DNA of 64,000 bases from an uncultured Verrucomicrobiae bacterium (GTDB lineage: Bacteria > Verrucomicrobiota > Verrucomicrobiia > Chthoniobacterales > JAFAMB01). Positions 8,446 to 17,884 of the stretch are shown one piece after another. The DNA lies in the NCBI GenBank assembly GCA_963789065.1, contig CAWBKA010000020.1, positions 4,192 to 68,191 on the forward strand, read 5' to 3'. The notes under the pieces are model-generated. The model had not been told where the DNA came from. It saw only the letters and a program-made list of their open reading frames with translations, and did not search any database. Both the position numbers and the translations under genes were made by a program. The stretch's first letter is position 1. Each line of letters opens with the position of its first letter.

Positions 8446-11400
8446 TTGATTGAGCTTTCAACATATGTCTTTAAGACGCTCAGGGAGGGTGGTGAGTTCG
8501 TCCTTTCTCGGGGCCGAAGGAAAGGCGACGGATCCCGTCTCCTTGTACTAGAGTCTGTTTCGGAACATCCATCCGTTCGGAGCCTGAAGGAATTGGAACA
8601 CGAGTACTCCATCAGAGAGGAACTCGATACCGATTGGGCGGCCCAACCGATCGCGCTTCAACGCCGCGACGGTCGGACGATGCTATTGCTCGAAGATCCT
8701 GGCGGCGAGCCTCTCAACAGCCGCCTCGGCCGACCATTGGAATTGATAGAGTTCTTGCGCTTGGCCATCGCCATCGCAGGCGCCCTCGGGAAGCTCCACG
8801 CGGCGGGTCTCATTCACAAGAAAATCGAACCGGCAAACATTCTGACTGAGGCTGCGACCGGCCAAGTCTGGCTGACGGGATTTGGCATCTGCTTGGCGTC
8901 GCATTCGCCCCGCCAGCGCCAGGTCCCGGAGCCACTGGACGTGATCGCTGGGACGTTTCCCTACATGGCCCCCGAACAGACGGGCCGTATGAATCGGTCA
9001 ATCGATTCGCGGAGTGATCTTTATGCCTATGGCGTTACGCTCTACGAGATGCTGACAGGAGTGCTCCCGTTCGAGGCGACCGACCCCATGGAGTGGGTGC
9101 ATTGCCACATCGCGAGGCAGCCGATTCCGCCCGCGGAGCGGCTGAAAGGGATCCCCGAGCCGGTCTCGGCAATTATCATGAAGCTTCTGGCCAAGAACGC
9201 CGAGGAAAGGTATCAAACCGCCGCGGGGGTGGAGGCTGACTTCCGGAAATGCCTTGCAGAATGGGAGTCGCTTGGACGGATCCAACCGTTCCTGCTGGGC
9301 TCACCGCGACCTGTCGGATCGCCTCCTGATCCCGGAGAAGCTTTACGGACGGGAACCGGAGATTGAAGCCTTGCTTGCGTCCTTCGACCGTGTGGTGGGC
9401 CACGGCAGAACGGAGCTAGTGCTCGTGCACGGCTATTCCGGTATCGGCAAGTCGTCGGTTGTGAACGAGTTGCACAAGGTGCTGGTGCCGACGGGCGGCC
9501 TCTTTGCCGCCAGCAAATTCGATCGGTACAAGCGCGACATTCCGTACGCAACTCTAGCCCAGGCCCTCCAGACGCTCGTTCGCCAGATCCTTGCCGAGAG
9601 CGAAACGGATTTGCAGCGATGGCGAGGCGCCTTGCAGGAACCACTAGGCCGCAACGGTCAGTTAATGGTTAACCTCATTCCTGAGCTCGAGTTCATCATT
9701 GGCAAACAGCCGCCCGTTGCCGAGCTTGCGCCTCAGGACGCACAGAACCGTTTCCAGACGGTGTTCCGGCGGTTTCTGGGCGCGTTCGCTCGACCGGAAC
9801 ACCCGCTGGCGTTGTTCCTCGACGATTTGCAGTGGATGGACGCGGCTACCCTTGAACTGCTCGAGCACTTGATCATCGAATCGCAGGTGCGGTATCTCCT
9901 GCTGGTCGGCGCCTATCGGGACAACGAGGTCGGCCCCGGGCATCCGCTGATGCGAACCTTGGATCGGATCCGTAAGGCCGGAGCGAGTGTGCAGGGAATG
10001 ATGCTTGCGCCTCTTGGGCTCGACGATGTGGGCCGATTGGTGACGCGACTCCCTGCATTGCGAGCAGGATTCCGCCAGGCCACTGGCAGAACTGGTGCAC
10101 GAGAAGACTGGGGGCAATCCGTTCTTCGCAATCCAGTTCTTGACGGCATTGGCCGAGGAGAGGCTGCTCGTCTTCGACCCAGGCGCTGTGGTCTGGAGGT
10201 GGGATCTGGCAGGCATCCGCGCCAGGGGCTATACCGACAACGTGGTGGATCTCATGGCGGGGAAGCTGAGCCGTTTGCCCGACACGACGCAGGAAGCCTT
10301 AGGAAAACTTGCCTGTCTGGGGAACGTGGCCGAGATCGCTACCCTGGCCCTGGTTCAAGGGGAGTCGGAGGAGCAGATCCACGCGGCTCTTTGGGAGGCT
10401 GTTCGGACGGGACTCGTCTTCCGGCTGGATAACATCTACACGTTCCTCCACGACCGCGTGCAGGAGGCGGCCTATGCGCTCATGGCTGAAAGCGAGCGGG
10501 CGGCGGTCCACCTCAGGATCGGCAGATTGTTCGTGTCACGGACGGCGCCTGAGGAAATTGAGGAGAAGATCTTCGAGATCGTCAATCAGCTCAATCGCGG
10601 TACCGAGTTGATCCATTCGCTCGAGGAGCGAGAGCAGGTCGCCGAGCTCAATCTCATAGCCGGCAAGCGGGCCAAGAGTTCGACCGCTTATGCCTCGGCG
10701 CTGACCTATTTTGTCGCCGGCCGCGCGTTGCTGGCAGAGGAGAGTTGGGCGCAGCGGTACACGCTCACATTTACATTTGAGGTCCATCGGGCGGAGTGCG
10801 AGTTCCTGACCGGCGATTTCCCAACGGCGGAAGAACGGCTGTTGATGCTGTCGCGCCGCTCCGAGGATCTGGCTAACAGTGCCATCGTCGCGCGCCTGCA
10901 AACGGAACTTTACACCGCTCTGGATCAGAGTGAGCGCGCTGTCGCGGTGGGCCTCGAATACCTCCGGCGCGCAGGCGTCGAATGGTCGCCGCACCCAACG
11001 AACGACGAGGTGCGACGGGAATACGAGCGGATCTGGCAACAGCTCGGAAATCGGCCAATCGAGGCGCTCATCGACTTGCCCCCAATGACGGACCCGGCCT
11101 GGGGGGCAACTCTCGACGTTCTCACGGCGGTCGAGGAGCCCGCCCATTATACCAACAAGAATCTGCAGAGCCTCATCATCGCGCGTATCGTGAACCTCAG
11201 CCTGGAGCGCGGCAACAGCGACGGGTCATGCGTGGCCTACGTCCAACTAGGCAGGCTTGTGGTATCGCGTTTCGGCGACTACCAGACCGGGTTCCGCTTC
11301 GGCAAGCTCGGCCTCGATCTCGTGGAAAAACGCGGGCTAGAGCGTTTCAGGACTCGAGTCTCCCTGCGCTTCGGTTACTTTGTGAATCCTTGGTCAAAGC

Positions 11401-14400
11401 ACTTCCGCACGAGCGTCGAATTGTTGCGACGTTCCTTCGCCACGGCGCAGGAAGCCGGCGACCTCCAGTACGCCGCCTATTGCTGCGACCGTTTGGTCAC
11501 GCTTCTTCTCGCCGCCGGAGCTCCGCTGGGCGACGTCCAACGGGAGGCCGAGAACGGGTTACAGTTCGCGCGAAAGGTCAAGTTTGGTTACATCGTCGAC
11601 ATCGTCATCGGACAGCTCAGGTTTATTCGGGCTCTTCTGGGCCAGACCTCGAGCTTGTCCTCCTTCAGCGATGCGGAGTTCGATGAGGGCAGGTTCGAGC
11701 AGTACCTGGAAGCCAATCCGGACCCGGTCTTTGCTGGGTGCTGGTATTGGATCCGCAAGCTGCAGGCACACTTTTACGCCGGCGAGTACGCGTCCGCCCT
11801 GGCGGCGGCATCCAAGGCTGAGCCGCTCTTGCAGACGGGGCCAGGACATTTTGAGTCACCCGAATACCTTTTCTATGACGCGCTCGCGCGGGCAGCACAG
11901 TACAACTCTGCGTCGTCCGAGGAGAAGGCCCGGTATCGCGAGACCCTCGCTGCCCATTGCCAGCAACTCGAAGTATTGGCGGAGAATTGCCCCGAGAATT
12001 TCGGGAACCGCGCGGCTTTGGTCGCTGCCGAGATTGCCAGGATCGAAGGCCGCGAACTGGACGCCGAGACGCCTTTACGAAAGGGCTATTCGATCAGCCC
12101 GGGAACACGGCTTCGTCCAGAACGAAGCCACCGCGCAGGAAGTCGCTGCGCGGTTCTACTCCGCACGCGGTTTGGAGACGATCGCGGAAGCCTATCTGCA
12201 AAATGCTCGGCACTTGTATATCCGCTGGGGTGCACTCGGCAAAGTGAAACAACTCGAGCAGCGTTATCCCGGCTTGCACGAAAAGCCCCCATTGCCAGAC
12301 CGTACGTCCACTTGGCTCGCCTTTAGAGCAAATTGACGTCCTCGCGCTGGCGAAGGCCTCGCAAGCCGTTTCCAGTGAACTTGACCTTGATAAACTGATC
12401 GAGACGCTCTTATTAATCGCGCTGGAGAACGCCGGGGCCCAACGCGGGGTTCTCATTCTTCTTCGGGGAGACGAGTCGCAAATTGAAGCCGAAGCAATCA
12501 CCGGTCACCATGCGGCTACGGTCACTTTCCACCGAGCGTTTCCGACGACCGTAGAACTGCCCGAATCGATCCTCCGCTACGTCATCCGAACCCAGGAGAG
12601 CATTCTATTGGACGATGCTTCAGCTCCGAACCAGTTCTCCGAGGACGAATATGTCCAAAGGAAGCAGGCCCGATCTATTCTTTGTCTGCCGCTGGTCAAG
12701 CAGGCCAACCTGAAAGGTGCGCTGTATCTGGAGAACAACCTGGCCTCCCATGTCTTCACGCCGAACCGTATATTGGTGTTAAGACTATTGGTTTCCCAGG
12801 CTTCGATCTCTCTGGACCATGCACGATTGTATGCTGATCTGACGCAAGAAAACAACGATCGAAGGAGGGCGGAAGAAGCCCTGCGTGCCAGTGAGGAGCG
12901 CCTGCAGGATATTGTCGACAACACCTCAGCGGTCATTTCTGTGAAGGATCTCGACCTCCGTTACCTTTTGGTTAACCGCGAATATGAGCGTCGCCATCGT
13001 GTTCGACGCGACCAAATCCGCGGCAAAACCGACTTCGATATTCTTCCCCATGATGTCGCCGAAGCGGTTCGTGACAATGATCGACAAGTGATCGAAGCCG
13101 GCGTGCCGATCCAGTTCGAGGAAACCGTGCCCTCGGATGGGGGCGAACATTTGTACGTCTCGGCAAAATTTCTGCTGCGCGACCACACGGGGAAACCCTA
13201 TGCGGTCTGTGGTATCGCGACGGACATCACGGCGTTGAAACGCGCGGAGGAAATGCAAGCGGCCCTGGCCCGCGAGCGGGAGTTGTTCGCGCAGCAGCGC
13301 GCCACCCAGTTGGCAAAAGCGAACGAGGCTCTTCGCGGATGTCTCAATGCACTCGCCTCTGTGCCCGAACTTGATGAGTTTCTTGGGCAAGTGATGGCTG
13401 TGATCACCCGGCAGTTGGGTGCTGTCTCTTCCACCCTGCGAATGCTTAACCTCGAGCAAAACACCTTGACTCTGGAGCTCGTCTTTCAAGACGGTCAAGT
13501 CATGTCGCCTGCCGAAGCGAGCTATCCAGAATCCTTGCGACCCCTGTCGCTTGACGAACAAGGGGCCGCCACTTTTCTGGATCAGCCAACGACTGTCATC
13601 CATATTCTCAATCCGAATTCGCCAATCACTGAAACCCAGCGCTCCTATCTGCTTGGACTGGGTATAAAGACCTTATTGATCATTCCTTTGAGCTCGGGGA
13701 GGCAAATCAACGGCCGGTTAGGCTTTCGTTTCAACGAGGAGCGCAATTTTGACCCGGAAGAACTCGAAATCGCGAGAGCCCTGGCAACCCAAGCCAGCTT
13801 GGCCATTGAGCTCACCCGGTTAGCGAAAACCGCCAGGCAAACTGCCGTGCTCGCAGAGCGAAATGAACTGGCCGGCGAAATTCATGATTCGCTCGCGCAG
13901 AGTTTTGTTGGAATTTCCATGCATCTGGACGTCGCCGAGGTCGCTACTTCGAAGGCCAAGGGCCTCCACCACATCCACAGAGCAAACGAGCTCGCTCAAT
14001 TTGGTCTGGCGGAAGCGCGACGCTCGGTGCTCAGCTTGCGATCTGGCATTCAACCGGGAGGACTGGTCAAGGCCGTTCAACAGCTCGTTGAACGTTCGAA
14101 CGTGCCTGGTATCTTGCGTTGCGAGTTGCGATCGGAGGATGTCCCTGACGAAAGCATACCCCCTGAGGTCCAGCATGAACTTATACGAATCTGTCAGGAA
14201 ACGATTAGCAATGCGGTTCGTCATGCCAAGCCGACTGTCATCACTACCACCTTGCGTTGGAACACCCCGAACCTAATCCTCCAAGTCACAGACAATGGAT
14301 CCGGGACGACCAGGAATCGTCTCGAACAAAGCGAAGGCTTTGGAATGACAAATATGCGTGCACGGGTCGCGAAGCTCGGAGGAAAGCTGCAAATCGAGAC

Positions 14401-14452
14401 CGGCGCGGGGTGTGGCACCAGCATCATTGTCACCCTGCAAATCGGTTCATAA
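8446..14452 (+). pseudogene. giant multidomain sensor: Ser/Thr-kinase-like, AAA/NTPase, TPR-like, GAF-PAS-GAF and HisKA_3/HATPase domains. One gene split over four reading frames.
   Basis: ORFs 8446..9366 (kinase fold, YMAPEQTGRMNRSID), 9254..10432 (ELVLVHGYSGIGKSSVV Walker A), 10095..12326 (HEKTGGNPFFAIQFL) and 12608..14452 (GAF/PAS, HDSLAQ H-box, HATPase) join into one protein. The join requires removing single extra bases at about 9298, 10046 and 12069, plus one further shift at about 12270-12320. Confidence 0.85.
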
Positions 14453-14464
14453 CATGTTCTCGAG

Positions 14465-15109
14465 ATGAAAACATCCTCAAAAGCGGCTGGAAAGGTCATC
14501 CGGATTCTCGTGGCCGACGATCACCCGGTCGTACGTGAAGGTTTGGCGAGTATTCTGAAAGCCAAGGATATCAAAGTAATCGGTGAAGCGGGCGATGGAG
14601 AGGAAGCATGTCGGCTTTACGATCAACTCTCCCCGGATATCCTCGTCCTCGACCTTCGGATGCCCAAGAAAGACGGACTACAAGTTGTGACTGAACTGAT
14701 GTCGCGGACACCGAAACCACGCATCATTGTCATGACGACCTACGAGGGAGAAGAGGATGTCCGTCGTGCGCTGAGGGCTGGAGCGAAGGGATACGTGTTG
14801 AAGGGGACGAAACGAGACCGGATTCTGGAAACTGTCCGAAAAGTGTACGAAGGACAGCCTTCGTTGTCGGCTGAAGTCGCCGCGAAACTCGCTGATTCTC
14901 TGACGCACCCAGAGCTCTCGGAGCGCGAACTTCAGATTCTGAAGTACATGGCTACCGGTAAGAGCAACAAAGAGATTGCCCAAGTTATTTACGTCAGTGA
15001 GAACACCGTGAAAGCTCACGTTAAATCGATCCTCGCGAAGATGGACGCCATGGGAAGAACCGCGGCCATCGCAATTGCGATCAAACGTGGGCTAATTGAG
15101 GCTCCCTGA
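14465..15109 (+). CDS. NarL/FixJ-type response regulator (REC domain plus LuxR-type HTH)
   Basis: IRILVADDHPVVREG..DILVLDLRMPKKDG..ELSERELQILKYMATGKSNKEIAQVIYVSENTVKAHVKSIL. It lies immediately downstream of the HisKA_3 kinase. Confidence 0.9.
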   Translation: MKTSSKAAGKVIRILVADDHPVVREGLASILKAKDIKVIGEAGDGEEACRLYDQLSPDILVLDLRMPKKDGLQVVTELMSRTPKPRIIVMTTYEGEEDVRRALRAGAKGYVLKGTKRDRILETVRKVYEGQPSLSAEVAAKLADSLTHPELSERELQILKYMATGKSNKEIAQVIYVSENTVKAHVKSILAKMDAMGRTAAIAIAIKRGLIEAP

Positions 15110-15132
15110 TCTCATGGCGGTGGACGTTTTAT

Positions 15133-15199
15133 CCTTTAGAGTAGCTGAGGCCTCCCATTAGGGTAGCCACAAAATGCTCGTTTAGGCAATGGCAGCGGC
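15133..15199. repeat. left arm of a 66-67 bp inverted repeat (contains aggcaATGGCAGCGGC reading inward)
   Basis: cctttagagtagctgaggcctcccattagggtagccacaaaatgctcgtttaggcaatggcagcggc. It differs from the reverse complement of 16139-16204 by one substitution and one 1-nt indel. Confidence 0.9.
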
Positions 15200-15903
15200 A
15201 TCTAGCTATGAGTAGAGTGAATCATGAATACAACTTTGAGCATTGATGCCGCCAGAACTCACGACTCACAGTCTTCTAATTTTAAAACAACAAAGAGTCT
15301 TGACGCGCCTTTTATAGATGAACCACTTCTCAAGTTATCCTCGTTGCCCACTTCTCAGGAGAGAGTCGAGCGTAGACTTGAAACTGAAGAATGGCCAATC
15401 GGATGGGAAGGTGATTACTGCATCTAAATCCGACCCGTTGTACCACGCTTTTGAAAACCCAACAGGCCGCTTAACCAATCGTTTCAAGAAGGATACGTCC
15501 CTTCCCGATACACAACTTTTGACAATATCTCTTCCGAGTTCTGGAATATTCCGAGTTGTCGATCCGTGTTACATTTATTAGGAGCGCTGACAAATTCAGG
15601 AGCATGGAGCTGGTCTGCTCGGAATATTCCGCTCTACCGATTTGATCCCGACGGTAGAACTGTCGGATGATCGAACGTTACTTTTCACAGGCGAAAGTGC
15701 TTATTTCGTCTGTGATCAGGCTCAGTTGGATGCCGTATCTGCCGCGCTTCGTGAGCGCTCTGGAGCTATATTCGTGGAGCGGACAGTTTGTGCCGCTGGC
15801 TCGACGGTCAAGGTTTCTTTCCGGCGCTTCTGCTGTGGCACGAACTCTCAACCGACCTCTCGGCCATTGCAGTGTAGTTCCCCTCTAACTCCAATCGAAC
15901 CTT

Positions 15904-16149
15904 CTACCGCCCGTCGGGGTTGGCTTCTTTCCATAACTGGGCTGCGACTTCACCAACGTCCCCGTTGGCCGACAGTGCGGCGGTAATGTCGGGCGCGCCG
16001 CCAGCGTCATTGACAACCACGTTGAACACCTGCCACTCGGCGTCGGACATCGCGAGTTGAGCCACATCGACCTTTGCGGCAGTGAGAAAATCCTTGAGCA
16101 AGGCGAAGCCGGCGTTGTCGTCTGCACTCTTGGCGTGGGCCGCTGCCAT
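15904..16149 (-). CDS. 81-aa hypothetical protein whose start codon and leader lie inside the right inverted-repeat arm
   Basis: MAAAHAKSADDNAGFALLKDFLTAAKVDVAQLAMSDAEWQVF.. has strongly GC-biased third positions, typical of real coding DNA here. I recognised no family. Confidence 0.5.
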   Translation of the reverse strand: MAAAHAKSADDNAGFALLKDFLTAAKVDVAQLAMSDAEWQVFNVVVNDAGGAPDITAALSANGDVGEVAAQLWKEANPDGR

Positions 16150-16204
16150 TGCCTAAACGAGCATTTTTGGCTACCCTAATGGGAGGTCTCAGCTACTCTA
16201 AAGG
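16139..16204. repeat. right arm of the 66-67 bp inverted repeat
   Basis: gccgctgccattgcctaaacgagcatttttggctaccctaatgggaggtctcagctactctaaagg, aligned by eye to the left arm. Confidence 0.9.
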
Positions 16205-16431
16205 GTAATCCGCCACTTACCTCACGTGGCTTTAAGGATGCTACTGTCACGCTGCACGAAATTGGGAGACTTGGAGAATAACGAGTGTTTGTTGCACTTA
16301 AAGGGACTCAGCACAGGAACTGTATTTAATTAGGAGACCCGCATCCCCGTTCGCATTAGAACCGTGAAGCCCGGCAGGGTGTCCCTTGGAGGCCTGGGAG
16401 CCAGCAAGTGCGCGCATCTTCAAGGCCGAAT

Positions 16432-17625
16432 TCATCCTCCAGTGCCCTCCCTGGAGCCCGTGCCGCCTGATAAGCGTATCCACACGTACACGTCTAGGAT
16501 GAATTTGACTTCCAAGACCGTGAGACGCTGGCCGGGCCGTATAATTCCGGTAGACTTTTGATTAACCCAGTTGGAATTAATGAACTGAATAGGACCTTTC
16601 CTTATGGTGACTGTGCCCGTCGCGATAACTATATCACCAACATCGGGCGTAGAAACTGGATCCCTTGTCTGATCCTTAAAGAAGACTTCGTCCCATCCGT
16701 TCCCGTTTCTCCTGCCGAAATATGCCCAATCCCCAGGCGTCGATGGCGCTTGCGGCGGTTCTGGCAGCGGTGTTTGTTCTGGCGATTGAGATGGCTGTGG
16801 CAGCGGTGTTTGTTGTGGTGTGGCCACCTCTGATGTTATCTGCTTCGGCTCCGGATGCCGGGAGCGGAGGTAGTTAGCGGTACCCACGGCTAGGCCAATG
16901 GCAAGCGCCAGCAACGTCATTATTCCAACCACTGGCAGCAGCTTTCTTTTGGCAGGGGACGTCAACGGCGCAAGGCCTGGAGGCGGCGACTGTGGTTCGG
17001 TCTCCTGTCGCTCCTGTTCTTTCTTCCGCAGTCGCTCGGCCTCTAAACGCTCCGTCGCCTCGCTTTCACGGTGTTCGGCCTCCTGTCGCTCTTTCTCTTC
17101 GCGCTCACGACGCTCCGCATCCAGCCGGTTCTTCTCGCGCTCTTGCTCTTTAGCCGCTGCTTCCTCCAAAACCTGCCTTATTGTAGCAATTAACCGCTGG
17201 CAATCTCCGTCGAAGCTCGTATCGCTAATTTGTAATGCATTTCGGCGAACCAATGGCTTCAAGTCATCAGGAAGCTCAGTCGCAAAAGGCATCAAAGCGC
17301 CATCCACAAGAACAGGGATCACACGAATATCACGACTGAGCGCGGTCGCGATCTCCATGCGCACGAAGTCCCCAGGGTTGTCGAGCCGACGAACTCCTTG
17401 GCGATCTTTGGACGTGAGCCAATTAGCTCCAATCACGGCGATAAGCACGTCGCATTTCGCAACCGTTGTTTCGATGGCTTTAACAAAGTCCTCGCCTAAT
17501 GCGATTGCTTCGATATCCATGAAAATCTGATTCCGATCAAAATGCATGGAAAGGCGGTCGTGCAGGCTTCTGGCTGACCACCGGCTTTCCTCCCGACGAT
17601 AGCTAATGAAGATTTGCCCGCTCAT
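16432..17625 (-). CDS. TIR-domain membrane protein: N-terminal TIR, E/R-rich coiled coil, one TM helix, P/Q-rich linker, C-terminal SH3b-like domain
   Basis: MSGQIFISYRREESRWSARSLHDRL..DIEAIALGEDF..CDVLIAVIG..RVIPVLVDG is a TIR_2-type signature. REREEKERQEAEHRESEATERLEAERLRKKEQERQ is the coiled coil. LLPVVGIMTLLALAIGLAVG is the TM helix. The C-terminal VIATGTVTIRKGP..IIRPGQRLTVLEV..VWIRL is SH3b-like. Confidence 0.8.
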   Translation of the reverse strand: MSGQIFISYRREESRWSARSLHDRLSMHFDRNQIFMDIEAIALGEDFVKAIETTVAKCDVLIAVIGANWLTSKDRQGVRRLDNPGDFVRMEIATALSRDIRVIPVLVDGALMPFATELPDDLKPLVRRNALQISDTSFDGDCQRLIATIRQVLEEAAAKEQEREKNRLDAERREREEKERQEAEHRESEATERLEAERLRKKEQERQETEPQSPPPGLAPLTSPAKRKLLPVVGIMTLLALAIGLAVGTANYLRSRHPEPKQITSEVATPQQTPLPQPSQSPEQTPLPEPPQAPSTPGDWAYFGRRNGNGWDEVFFKDQTRDPVSTPDVGDIVIATGTVTIRKGPIQFINSNWVNQKSTGIIRPGQRLTVLEVKFILDVYVWIRLSGGTGSREGTGG

Positions 17626-17647
17626 TTTTGCTGTGGATTGGCTGCGA

Positions 17648-17848
17648 TCAATATCGAATCCTCTCCTTCTGACTGCGGCAGTCGTAGAGTTTCGTAGTGC
17701 GGCAATCGGCGTGGCCAGCGATTCGGCTGAGCGGCTTCAAGGGTACCGTCATTTTCCAGAAAATTCGTGATACCGGTGACCCGGAATGAGTGAGGCGAGT
17801 AGGGCCCGCATGCTGCGGGGCGGACGTTGGGATAAGTCGATGGGAGCG
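17648..17848 (-). pseudogene. C-terminal stub of a tyrosine recombinase/integrase (HxxR box and catalytic-Tyr region), frameshifted and missing its N-terminal part
   Basis: My own minus-strand translation gives ..YSPHSFRVTGITNFLENDGTLEAAQ, a +1 shift, then RIAGHADCRTTKLYDCRSQKE.. This matches the H-x-x-R ... (L/I)xGH....TT..Y box II pattern of tyrosine recombinases. It is open only from a TGA at 17849-17851, has no start codon, and ends 22 nt before the TIR start. Confidence 0.6.
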
Positions 17849-17884
17849 CTCATGGCATTGGGGTTCTTGGCATGAATTGAATCG

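Noticed and set aside
15904-16149. The 81-aa ORF as a Nif11-type RiPP leader/precursor (AGF..L..FL..., ..SDAEW.., a GG motif before a 30-aa tail).
   Set aside because: The resemblance is loose. The order of the helical motifs does not match Nif11 leaders, the putative core has no Cys, Ser or Thr enrichment, and no maturation or transport genes are nearby.
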